43,361 nt of DNA. Source: a virus (taxonomy: Duplodnaviria > Caudoviricetes). A program made the position numbers and the translations under genes. The stretch spans positions 1 to 43,361 of IMG/VR virus record IMGVR_UViG_3300030376_001139. The stretch is one strand, 5' to 3'. Below the pieces are notes generated by a model that made no database searches, was not told the origin of the DNA, and was given only the letters and a program-made list of their open reading frames with translations. Of this stretch, positions 34,815-43,361 are shown piece after piece; the first letter of the stretch is position 1, and the number at the start of each line of letters is the position of its first letter.

Positions 34815-36728
34815 ATGTCCACAAATCTCATCTGCATAGCTGAAGGTTGCAGAAAGAAATTGAAGGGTAGACAAAAGAAATTCTGCTCAGGGACGTGCCA
34901 GAAGCGTCAATTTGCTCGTGACAAGCGACATAATGATAAAGTGGACCCGAAGCCCATCAATAAAGAGTATAATGCTGATACAGGGGATTACGCCTCTGTA
35001 CGTAGAGGGCAGTATTACCGAGCTTTCGTAAGCGAAGGTATAGCTGAAACAGTTGCAACTGGTGGGATATCAGTAGCTGAAGCAGCTTCCCTCCTTGGTT
35101 GTACTTCAGCTACGGTGTCCCGCATGCTCGCTGCCTACAAGATAGATAGTAGAAACGAAGTAGCAGCAGAAGATTGGGAACTATCAGAAGATGCAAGAGA
35201 CTCATTAGAAAATTTTTCCGACTTCCGACACAAATACTTTAGAACAGAACTAGGAAAACATTATGACACCGCAGATTTTCATAGTAACTGGATTAATAAC
35301 ATTATTGATAGTATAGAAAACGGTAAAGAGTTATTGATACTGTCACCCCCAAGACATGGAAAGACTGAACTACTAATACACTTTGCTGTATATCAGATAT
35401 GTAAGAACCCCAATACAAGAATTATGTGGGTTGGTGGTAACGAAGACATTGCAAAGAACGCATTATCTGCTGTACTTGATGTATTAGATACCAATGAAGA
35501 GTTAAGAGAAGACTTTTGTCCACCTGGACAATCTTTTAAACCTGATAACCGTTCAGGAAAGAACTGGTCACAGAATCAATTTACTGTAGGTACTAGAACA
35601 GTACCAGGTATTAAATCACCTACTATGGTTGCTGTAGGTAAAGGTGGAAAAATTCTTTCAAGAGACTGTGATATTATTATTGCTGATGACATTGAGGACC
35701 ATCAAACTACAATGCAACCTGGTGCAAGAGAATCTACAAGACAATGGTGGACAACAACTCTTTCATCAAGAAAAGAGGAACATACTGCTGTAGTTGTAAT
35801 TGGTTCAAGACAGCACCCTGATGATTTATATAATCACTTACTTGAATCAGATAACTTTACAAGCATAGTTGAAACAGCACATCAAATAGATTGTCCAATA
35901 CCAGAACATCTTATAGAAGAACATATTGATTGTATGTTATGGCCAGGTAAAAGAACTTTTAAATGGTTGCAATCTAGATTGAATTCTGCTGAATCAACAG
36001 GTGGTAGGCAAACTTTCGAAATGGTTTATTACAATCAAGCATATGTAGAAGGTACGCAAATATTTACTATGAACATGATTGACCAATGTATGCGACCTGA
36101 TTTAGTACTAGGACAAGTATATAAAAACTTACATCTTGTAGCTGGACTTGACCCTGCATCAAGTGGTTATCAAGCCAGTGTGTTATGGGGTATAGATACA
36201 TACAGAGGTGAGTTGTATTTAGTTGACCTAGAAAATAAACGTGGTGGTGGTATTAGAGCTGCACTAGACCAAATGTCTGATTGGTTACATAGATATGATT
36301 GTAGACATTGGATAGTAGAAGAGAATGGATTTCAATCTGCTATTAGGCAAGATACAGGAATAAAAGAATTTACATTACGTTCTGGTATACAAGTACAAGG
36401 ACACATGACAGGTAAAAACAAACACGACCCACTCTATGGTGTTGGAGCTATGGCTGATTTGTTTGAAAATAGGAAAATTCATCTACCTACTGGTGATGGA
36501 GAATCTAATGCAAAAGTACAGAAATATAGACAACAATTGTTATACTTTGATGGTAAGCCTGTTTCTAAGCGAAACAAGGAAAAAACTGATATAGTTATGG
36601 CTAGTTGGTTTCCTATGAAAGTTTTTAGGCGGCTACAAAAAGAACACGCTGCTGATATAGGTTTAGATTATAACCCTAGTTATGGAGAGTACAAAATGAC
36701 GGAGGCAAACGAAGCACCATGGGCATAG
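34815..36728 (+). CDS. terL: Terminase large subunit with N-terminal Zn-finger and HTH
   Basis: PPRHGKT Walker A, IIIADD Walker B, GSRQHPDD, GLDPA nuclease Asp, D.VMA; ATG 34815 preferred over the TTG start. Confidence 0.92.
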   Translation: MSTNLICIAEGCRKKLKGRQKKFCSGTCQKRQFARDKRHNDKVDPKPINKEYNADTGDYASVRRGQYYRAFVSEGIAETVATGGISVAEAASLLGCTSATVSRMLAAYKIDSRNEVAAEDWELSEDARDSLENFSDFRHKYFRTELGKHYDTADFHSNWINNIIDSIENGKELLILSPPRHGKTELLIHFAVYQICKNPNTRIMWVGGNEDIAKNALSAVLDVLDTNEELREDFCPPGQSFKPDNRSGKNWSQNQFTVGTRTVPGIKSPTMVAVGKGGKILSRDCDIIIADDIEDHQTTMQPGARESTRQWWTTTLSSRKEEHTAVVVIGSRQHPDDLYNHLLESDNFTSIVETAHQIDCPIPEHLIEEHIDCMLWPGKRTFKWLQSRLNSAESTGGRQTFEMVYYNQAYVEGTQIFTMNMIDQCMRPDLVLGQVYKNLHLVAGLDPASSGYQASVLWGIDTYRGELYLVDLENKRGGGIRAALDQMSDWLHRYDCRHWIVEENGFQSAIRQDTGIKEFTLRSGIQVQGHMTGKNKHDPLYGVGAMADLFENRKIHLPTGDGESNAKVQKYRQQLLYFDGKPVSKRNKEKTDIVMASWFPMKVFRRLQKEHAADIGLDYNPSYGEYKMTEANEAPWA

Positions 36729-38491
36729 AGAATTTAGATATTAAAAACTATCAAGAGATAGTTAAGAATGCTGCTGAACTTACATCAGGTAAGTTAGTAC
36801 AAGAAAGACAAGTACAGAAAGCTAGAATCAAAGCAATTCTTAATGGTGGTGCTGATGGTATTAAAGCTTTACTAGGTAACACAATGGAAACAAGTGATGC
36901 TGATTTATTACCAGCTCCGAACATGTTACAGTCTGGTATTGACAGACTTGCACAAAAGATTTCAGGAATACCTCAAGTTAGAGTAGATGTACCTAATGAT
37001 AAAGATTCAACTAGAAGTAAAATGCGTGCAGAGAAATTAGAACGTATTGTTACTAACTATGATGATAAGCAAGGTATGCTTGACCAATTACAACAAGCTG
37101 CTAGATGGCTACCTGGTTACGGTTTTGCTGCTTGGGTTATAACTACAAAAGTAGATACTAACGGATATCTATATCCTAGTGCTGAACTAAGAGACCCTTA
37201 TGATACATTCCCAGGTAACTTTGGTCCTGACCAACAACCTAGAGAAATGGCAGTACTAAGACGTGTACCTAGATATAAACTAGCTCAAATCTATCCTGAG
37301 TTTGCAAAAGAGATTTTAAAACAAGATGAAGATAAAGGTGAATCACAAACTGATACTGCATCACCATTTATGTCTTATGAAAATAACAGAGAACAAGGTT
37401 GGGAAGATAATACATACTCAGGTGTAAGAATTATTGAATACTATGACATGGGTGGTACTTATGTAGTATTTCCTGAAAAGAATATGATTCTTGATTTTAT
37501 ACCTAACGTGTTATCTACACCACCATTTGTATTTATGAAGAGAGTTTCCTTTGACCAACTTAAAGGTCAATACGACCACGTAATAGGACTAATGGCAATG
37601 ATGGCAAAGATTAACATTATGTCTGCAATTGCGATGGAAGATTCTGTGTTTACAGAAACTAACATATCAGGAGAGATAGAATCCGGACAATACAGAAAAG
37701 GCAGATTTGCGGTAAACTATCTCGCTCCTGGTACACAAGTTTCTAAACCAATGAACAATATGCCATATCAATTGTTCCAACAAATAGATAGGTTGGAAAG
37801 ACAATTACGTATGGTAGGTGGTTATCCAGTTACTGATGACTCACAGTCACCTAACTCTTTTGTTACTGGTGCTGGATTATCAGAATTGAATAGCACAATG
37901 TCATTAATGATATCTGAATATAGAGATGTCATTAAAGGTGCATTAGTACGTATGGACCAAAAAAGATTAGAACTAGATGTAGTGTTATCTTACTCACAAG
38001 GTATAACTAAAAAACCTATGTCTGGTTATCTTGCTGGCTCTGCATTTTCTGAAAACTATTTTCCACTTGCTGATATTGGTGGGGATTTTAAAACTAGACG
38101 TATCTATGGTGTTATGGCTGGTTTTGATGAACCACAAAAGATTGTAACTGGTTTGCAATTATTACAAGCAGGTGTTATAGACGTAGAGACATTACAAGAT
38201 AACATTGATGGTTTAGAAAATATTGCAAAAGTACAAGAACGTATTAGAAAAAATAAAGCAGAGAGTGTTTTATTTGATTCAATACTTGCTAGGTCAGCAC
38301 AAGGTGACCCTGCAGCTACAATGGCTGCAATAGCTATTTACGAGTATCCAAATGCTATAACAGATATAATGAAACAATTCTATACTCCACAAGAGCCACA
38401 GATGTCACCTGAAGAAGAAATGATGATACAGCAACAAATGATGATGGGTGGTGGGGATGTTCCAGGAATGGCACAAGCTTTTGGAGTATAA
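36719..38491 (+). CDS. Portal protein
   Basis: 590 aa, directly after terL, PNML...ID..A N-terminal motif, Q/M-rich tail typical of podoviral portals. Confidence 0.78.
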   Translation: MGIENLDIKNYQEIVKNAAELTSGKLVQERQVQKARIKAILNGGADGIKALLGNTMETSDADLLPAPNMLQSGIDRLAQKISGIPQVRVDVPNDKDSTRSKMRAEKLERIVTNYDDKQGMLDQLQQAARWLPGYGFAAWVITTKVDTNGYLYPSAELRDPYDTFPGNFGPDQQPREMAVLRRVPRYKLAQIYPEFAKEILKQDEDKGESQTDTASPFMSYENNREQGWEDNTYSGVRIIEYYDMGGTYVVFPEKNMILDFIPNVLSTPPFVFMKRVSFDQLKGQYDHVIGLMAMMAKINIMSAIAMEDSVFTETNISGEIESGQYRKGRFAVNYLAPGTQVSKPMNNMPYQLFQQIDRLERQLRMVGGYPVTDDSQSPNSFVTGAGLSELNSTMSLMISEYRDVIKGALVRMDQKRLELDVVLSYSQGITKKPMSGYLAGSAFSENYFPLADIGGDFKTRRIYGVMAGFDEPQKIVTGLQLLQAGVIDVETLQDNIDGLENIAKVQERIRKNKAESVLFDSILARSAQGDPAATMAAIAIYEYPNAITDIMKQFYTPQEPQMSPEEEMMIQQQMMMGGGDVPGMAQAFGV

Positions 38492-38495
38492 TAAA

Positions 38496-38660
38496 ATGCA
38501 ACATTATTTTGATAGAGAGTTTTGGGATTTAGTATATGAAGAATATGGTGTAACAGACGAGTTAGATATACTAAGTGAAAATGTATTAGAAATTATAACT
38601 CCTATGCCTGGAGTAATAGTTTTAATAACAAAGGAATTTAATAATGGCGAAGAATCGTAG
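38496..38660 (+). CDS. 54-aa acidic hypothetical protein
   Basis: ATG 38496 with GGAG RBS. Confidence 0.5.
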   Translation: MQHYFDREFWDLVYEEYGVTDELDILSENVLEIITPMPGVIVLITKEFNNGEES

Positions 38661-39024
38661 AGGTGGATACAGACAACCAGCTAAACCCGCAGCTGTAGCT
38701 ACACCACAAGGTGGGCAAAGAACAGATGGTGGACCTGGTAGTAGTAAGCAACCGTTAAGAAGATTACCTGATGCTGACTATGGTCAAAATAAAGCATTTG
38801 TTGAACAACAACAAGCTGCACCATTACCTAAACAAGAAAGACTTAATCCTAATATATTTGCTCCTACTGAGTATCCTGGTCAACCTATTACTGAAGGATT
38901 ACCTATAGGACCTGGTAGTGGACCTGCTGTAATGCCTGATAATATAGATACTATATTACAAGCAATGCATCAGATGAATCCTTCACCATTAGTCGCAGAT
39001 ATGATTAATAACAGGGTTAATTAA
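38644..39024 (+). CDS. Pro/Gly-rich post-portal virion protein
   Basis: RGGYRQP..PA...G..RTDGGPG...YGQ...P+T.GLP.GPG.G motifs; AAGGA RBS. Confidence 0.6.
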   Translation: MAKNRRGGYRQPAKPAAVATPQGGQRTDGGPGSSKQPLRRLPDADYGQNKAFVEQQQAAPLPKQERLNPNIFAPTEYPGQPITEGLPIGPGSGPAVMPDNIDTILQAMHQMNPSPLVADMINNRVN

Positions 39025-42000
39025 TGGGTTTTTATTTACATGACAAAAATGAATTTGAGGATTTACTAAAAGCTAATAGTAGATTTGATTTAAAAGTTAA
39101 TCAGATGTCAGATATGTTAACTACTGCTGACCCTATGCAGATTTTAGAAAACTATAGTAAGTATCAACAAGAAATGCCTGAGATAGGTTCACCAGATGCT
39201 ATGTCATTAGCACAACTTAATGTACCTACAAACTATGAATCTTCAAGAGCTATTGCACAAGCATCAGCTAACAAAAGAATTTACGATGAAGCTAGATTAT
39301 GGACTGAACTACAAGCTGAGTTTGGTGATGATTCTATAGCTGACAATATGAAAATGACTGCTGCTGATGTATGGACATTAGGATTTGCACCAGGTGGAGC
39401 TAAACCTTTTCAAACACAAGCAGGTGTATGGGCATTTGCTGGATTAGATTGGTTATTTCAAACTTTAGGACCCGGTGGTTCAGGTAAATGGTCTGTAGGT
39501 TCACAAGCAATTAATGCAATGTTGCCTGGACAACCTATGGCTGTAGGACGTTCTGTAGCATATTTAAGAGATTTAAGAGAATACGATAAATTATTAAAGA
39601 ATGGATATTCAAAAGTTCAAGCACAAAGAAAACTATCTATTGATTTAAGTGGTACAAGAATACAAGGATTAGGTGAAAACTTAGGTCCTGTAGAAGAAAT
39701 TAAACAACAAATTGATATGATTGCTGAAGCTCACAAGATGGGTGGAGAACCTGTAATAACTTCTATGTATAGAGCTGTACTAGAAGGTAAGCCTATTAAC
39801 TTTGATAGAAGTAGATGGTTTATAACAGAAAGTGTTAAAGCAGAAAAAAGTCCTCATTATATTAAACTTACACAAGATTATGGTATGTCACCTGATGACG
39901 CTAGAGATTTTATATATAAAAACATTGGTACTCCATTAAGAGGTAGCTTTGACCCTAAGACTGGTAAAACTAATTATGCTTTTGATGGTGAAGGTGGTAA
40001 CCTATACTACACATCATTCGATAATCCAAACAAAATTAACTTTTATGCAGGTAGACATAGGCAAAAATACTTTTATGCTGGTATAGACAGACAAGATTAC
40101 TTTAGACCTGAATGGGCAAATAAAGATATTTTAATGGAATACTCACCAGGTAAAGTACAATCAGCTGAATTCTTTGAACCAGGTACTACTGCATTTAAAA
40201 ATATGTCAGGTTTAATAGATGCAGCACATCAAATTGTTCCAGAGATATTTTTAGGTAAAGGTATTAAAGGTGTTAGAAATGTTTCTAGAGGTTTAAGAAG
40301 TGTTAACGGTGCATATGAAATGGTTAATCAAGGTAAACTTGTTAAACGAGGACTTGTTAAAAACTATATAGTTACACCTAGAAAATTAGCTGACAATATA
40401 TTAGAAGAAGTAGGACCAAGAATTGATGGTGCTGTTGGTACTGGTAAAATTGATGACTTAGTAGATAGTGGATATCAATTACTTACTAATAAAAATATTA
40501 CAGCTGATACTGCTAACCAAAGAAAATGGCTTAAAAAGATGAGAAAAGAAGAAACATTATTTGGTTATGTACCAAGGTTCTTTCAATTAACACAAGATGA
40601 AATATTAAATCAACCAATTAACATAAGATTCTTTAAAGCTGTAGCTGAAGAAGATAACTTAATGATTATGGGTAGTAACAACATAATTAAAGATATGCCT
40701 GCACAAGTACAAAAAGCTTTAGTAGAAGCAGATGATTGGAAAGATGTACAAAATATATTTAGTCAAATGATTGATACAGGATATAAAATACAAAACAAGT
40801 ATGGAGAAATGGTTCCTTATACTTTACCAGGAAAAACATTACCTAAAACTGGTTCTATGGTGCTTAATAGAATGCTACAAAAAACTGGTATAGATAGGTC
40901 ATATAGAACATTTGGAAGCTTTGCTGGTGAAAACATACGTAAAGTAAAAGATACTGTTATGCCGTTTATGCCGTTTAGACGTAATCCAAGTAAGTTAACT
41001 AGAGTAGAAAACACAGATGCTGTGGTAATTGACAAAGCAGAAGATATTGCTAATAAGATATCTGAATTAGCTAAAACAGAAAACTCTCCTATGATTTATA
41101 AGTTTCAAGAAATGAGACAACGTAAACTACCTGAGTTTGAAAAGTATCTTGGATTCTCATCTAATTACAATTCAACATACAATCCTTATTACAGAAAGTT
41201 ATTGAGTGTTGTACCTGAAATGGGTATACCATTGAATAACTTAGATTCAGGATATAGACAATTAATGGGTCATTTGCAAGTTAATCAATATGATGATATT
41301 GAAGCTAATAAAATATTAAAAGAATTTTTAGATATAGACCCTAATCAAAAATTCAAATACAGAGACTTTGCACACCAACAAGCTTTAAGAGATGTCAAAA
41401 TGATTAAATCAAGAGGTGGTAACTGGGAATATGTTGCATCAGTTGCTGATGAAATGTTTGAAGGTATGCAAAAATCTAAGATATATGCTACTGATAAGAA
41501 TGGTCAAATGCTACCAAGCATTGGTACAAACTACAAAGGACAAGAAATAAATCATGTTGGTAATGCTGTAGATGAATTTGGTAACGTAACAACTAATGTA
41601 ACAGCTTCTATGTTGTCAGAAATGCAAGATAACATAGCACCTCTATTAGATTATAGATTAATTGAACGTGCATTAGGTCCTTTGTTTAAAGCTTACCCAG
41701 AAGGTCAATATGTTCGTACATCATTTTTAGGTGATGTAAAAGCATATGGTAAATATAAATCACAAAATAAATGGTGGGGTAAAACTGGAGATGATTTACC
41801 TAATCCATTTGATGATGGTATTTTAAATGTTAAAAGATTAGAAGATAACTTTTTAAGTAACACACTGCAGTTTTATACAAGGAATATATTCAAACCTCTT
41901 GTATTAATGAGATTTGCTTTCTTCACACGTGTATTTATGGAAGAACAAGCACGTATGGCTATGAAAGGTATATCTAATGTTTATAGTAAACCTTATGAAT

Positions 42001-43361
42001 ATTTAACTTGGTTAGCTTCACATAATCCTAATTCTAAAGTAGGTTCAGTATTAGAAAACTTACCTTTTACAAAAAATTATCAAAAAGCTAAATACAGTGA
42101 TGATGCTGTTAATTTCTTAATGGAAGAAGAAATTATGGAAGCTATGCAAAAAAGTATGAGGTATGAAGATATTACAGGTACAAGTATTAAAGCAAGAAAT
42201 AGACATACAGAATATGTAGCTAAACGTACTGAAGAATTAAAGCAAGATGAAATTAACTTAGCTGTTTATCACGAACTTAGATTATTAAAAGGAGATGAAA
42301 TAAATAAAGCTGTTGCTAAATATGGATATGGTAGTAATGAATTAGCTGAATGGATAGTCTCAGATGCTGGTAAAAAAGCAAGATTAGAATTAGTAAGATA
42401 TGGTGGTGCTGGACATGCTGATTTAATAGATGAAACATCTAGAGCATTAGACCAACATTTACAAATGATTGAATCAAGAATACGTAAAATAGCTGGTGGT
42501 GATTTAGATTTAGCATTAGATGCAGTAAAAAATAAAAATGGTAGATATACATACGCACTTAGGTCTGATGTCAATGTTGGAGAATCATCTATACGTAATT
42601 TAATTGCTGAAGGTAAATTACTTAGAAAAGGTAAAACAGGTACAAAAAGTTCTGATTATGTAGATTTTATGTCTAATGAAAAGTTTTTCAAAAAATACGA
42701 TAAAAACAAAATGATGAATGAACTTGGTTATTGGTATAGCAAAGAAGATGGAATTAATCCAGGTGTATTAAATAAAGTAAGAGATGTTAATCCTAGTGAA
42801 GGTGTTAACAACTACTTAGGAACAGTAGAAGAAATGATGGACCATTTCTTTGATACAGTATTTACAAAATTAATGACTAAACCAATTGGTGTACTTAACC
42901 GTTCTACTACATTTAAACAATTTAGATGGATGTATATTTCTGAACGATTCAAAGATATGGATAAAAGTGTAAGAGCTAAATTTATAAAAGAAGGTATAGA
43001 AGCAGGTATTCCAAAGAATGTAATTCAAGAACTTAAAGGTCAAAATAGTTTATATAAATCAGGTCCTATCAAAGATTTTCAAGTTATGGATATAGAATCT
43101 AAAGCTTATGGTCTTGCTGGTGTAAAAGAATTATTATATGATACAAGAAAACGACATACAGTATCTGACAAACTTGTAAATGTATTTCCATTTATTGAAG
43201 TATGGTTTGAAGTATTTCAAACTTGGGGACAGTTACTTGCAGAAAAACCATATGCTTTAAGACAAGCACAAGTATCTACAAGAGGACTTGGTGCTGCAAA
43301 TACATTAGGTGAAAGTAGTGATGATGGATTTATATCACCTGACCCTATGAATCCTGATAAG
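39024..43361 (+). CDS. N-terminal part of the ~1940-aa putative internal virion/ejection protein (absent from ORF track)
   Basis: TAATG-coupled ATG 39024 (MGFYLHDKNEFEDLL...); no stop reported before the window end; in frame with 1-1584. Confidence 0.8.
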   Translation, partial: MGFYLHDKNEFEDLLKANSRFDLKVNQMSDMLTTADPMQILENYSKYQQEMPEIGSPDAMSLAQLNVPTNYESSRAIAQASANKRIYDEARLWTELQAEFGDDSIADNMKMTAADVWTLGFAPGGAKPFQTQAGVWAFAGLDWLFQTLGPGGSGKWSVGSQAINAMLPGQPMAVGRSVAYLRDLREYDKLLKNGYSKVQAQRKLSIDLSGTRIQGLGENLGPVEEIKQQIDMIAEAHKMGGEPVITSMYRAVLEGKPINFDRSRWFITESVKAEKSPHYIKLTQDYGMSPDDARDFIYKNIGTPLRGSFDPKTGKTNYAFDGEGGNLYYTSFDNPNKINFYAGRHRQKYFYAGIDRQDYFRPEWANKDILMEYSPGKVQSAEFFEPGTTAFKNMSGLIDAAHQIVPEIFLGKGIKGVRNVSRGLRSVNGAYEMVNQGKLVKRGLVKNYIVTPRKLADNILEEVGPRIDGAVGTGKIDDLVDSGYQLLTNKNITADTANQRKWLKKMRKEETLFGYVPRFFQLTQDEILNQPINIRFFKAVAEEDNLMIMGSNNIIKDMPAQVQKALVEADDWKDVQNIFSQMIDTGYKIQNKYGEMVPYTLPGKTLPKTGSMVLNRMLQKTGIDRSYRTFGSFAGENIRKVKDTVMPFMPFRRNPSKLTRVENTDAVVIDKAEDIANKISELAKTENSPMIYKFQEMRQRKLPEFEKYLGFSSNYNSTYNPYYRKLLSVVPEMGIPLNNLDSGYRQLMGHLQVNQYDDIEANKILKEFLDIDPNQKFKYRDFAHQQALRDVKMIKSRGGNWEYVASVADEMFEGMQKSKIYATDKNGQMLPSIGTNYKGQEINHVGNAVDEFGNVTTNVTASMLSEMQDNIAPLLDYRLIERALGPLFKAYPEGQYVRTSFLGDVKAYGKYKSQNKWWGKTGDDLPNPFDDGILNVKRLEDNFLSNTLQFYTRNIFKPLVLMRFAFFTRVFMEEQARMAMKGISNVYSKPYEYLTWLASHNPNSKVGSVLENLPFTKNYQKAKYSDDAVNFLMEEEIMEAMQKSMRYEDITGTSIKARNRHTEYVAKRTEELKQDEINLAVYHELRLLKGDEINKAVAKYGYGSNELAEWIVSDAGKKARLELVRYGGAGHADLIDETSRALDQHLQMIESRIRKIAGGDLDLALDAVKNKNGRYTYALRSDVNVGESSIRNLIAEGKLLRKGKTGTKSSDYVDFMSNEKFFKKYDKNKMMNELGYWYSKEDGINPGVLNKVRDVNPSEGVNNYLGTVEEMMDHFFDTVFTKLMTKPIGVLNRSTTFKQFRWMYISERFKDMDKSVRAKFIKEGIEAGIPKNVIQELKGQNSLYKSGPIKDFQVMDIESKAYGLAGVKELLYDTRKRHTVSDKLVNVFPFIEVWFEVFQTWGQLLAEKPYALRQAQVSTRGLGAANTLGESSDDGFISPDPMNPDK
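43263..43360 (+). repeat. Terminal direct repeat, right copy
   Basis: Identical to 1-98. Confidence 0.95.

Noticed and set aside
39960-42345. RNA polymerase motifs in the giant protein (NYAFDGE; KAVAKYGYGS)
   Set aside because: Neither matches DxDGD or the K-x7-YG spacing of T7/N4 motif B.
2674-42574. Numerous 60-136 aa opposite-strand ORFs in the track (e.g. 4154, 8633, 20975, 23791, 33928, 42269)
   Set aside because: They overlap well-supported genes in antisense and lack RBS or motifs.
43263-43361. Terminal repeat as a biological direct terminal repeat
   Set aside because: It falls mid-gene and its length suggests an assembler k-mer overlap; the last-base difference is a synonymous AAA/AAG, consistent with a population variant.
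1-43361. CRISPR array, tRNA/tmRNA, reverse transcriptase/DGR, integrase, stop-codon recoding
   Set aside because: No spaced repeats, cloverleafs or RT/recombinase motifs were seen by eye; genes tile densely under the standard code with TAA, TAG and TGA all used as stops.

Overview
The window is very probably one complete, circularly assembled tailed-phage genome of about 43.26 kb: bases 1-98 recur at 43263-43360. It is AT-rich (roughly one-third GC by eye). The rightward arm runs from 34815 across the junction to 23253. It encodes terminase, portal, a block of large putative internal/ejection proteins (including a 1940-aa ORF spanning the junction and a NADAR/macro-like/SLOG multidomain protein), scaffold, DUF5309/SU10-type major capsid, short-tail and fibre genes, a flavin-dependent halogenase-like gene, and lysis genes (DUF5675, r1t-like holin). 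The leftward arm (34208 to 23267) holds small non-structural genes: a MoxR-type AAA/vWA pair, metallophosphoesterase, Rad52/Sak-like annealase, transglycosylase, HNH, HTH and DUF1281. No tape measure, polymerase, primase, helicase or integrase was recognisable. A podovirus of a low-GC actinobacterium is the best inference. The most unusual signals lie outside the ORF track: (i) a ~170-nt, five-stem, multiply pseudoknotted leader before the scaffold-capsid genes; (ii) a 14-residue motif W[QE]DRNxxNxGTKL[ND] shared by three otherwise unrelated proteins; (iii) three intergenic hairpins with unrelated 13-15 bp stems but a conserved 17-nt loop; (iv) an unannotated 50-aa HiPIP-signature ORF in the lysis region; (v) further large structured intergenic blocks at 28, 31.7 and 34.3 kb. 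All family calls are by motif recognition from memory and all RNA structures were paired by hand; no searches were run.
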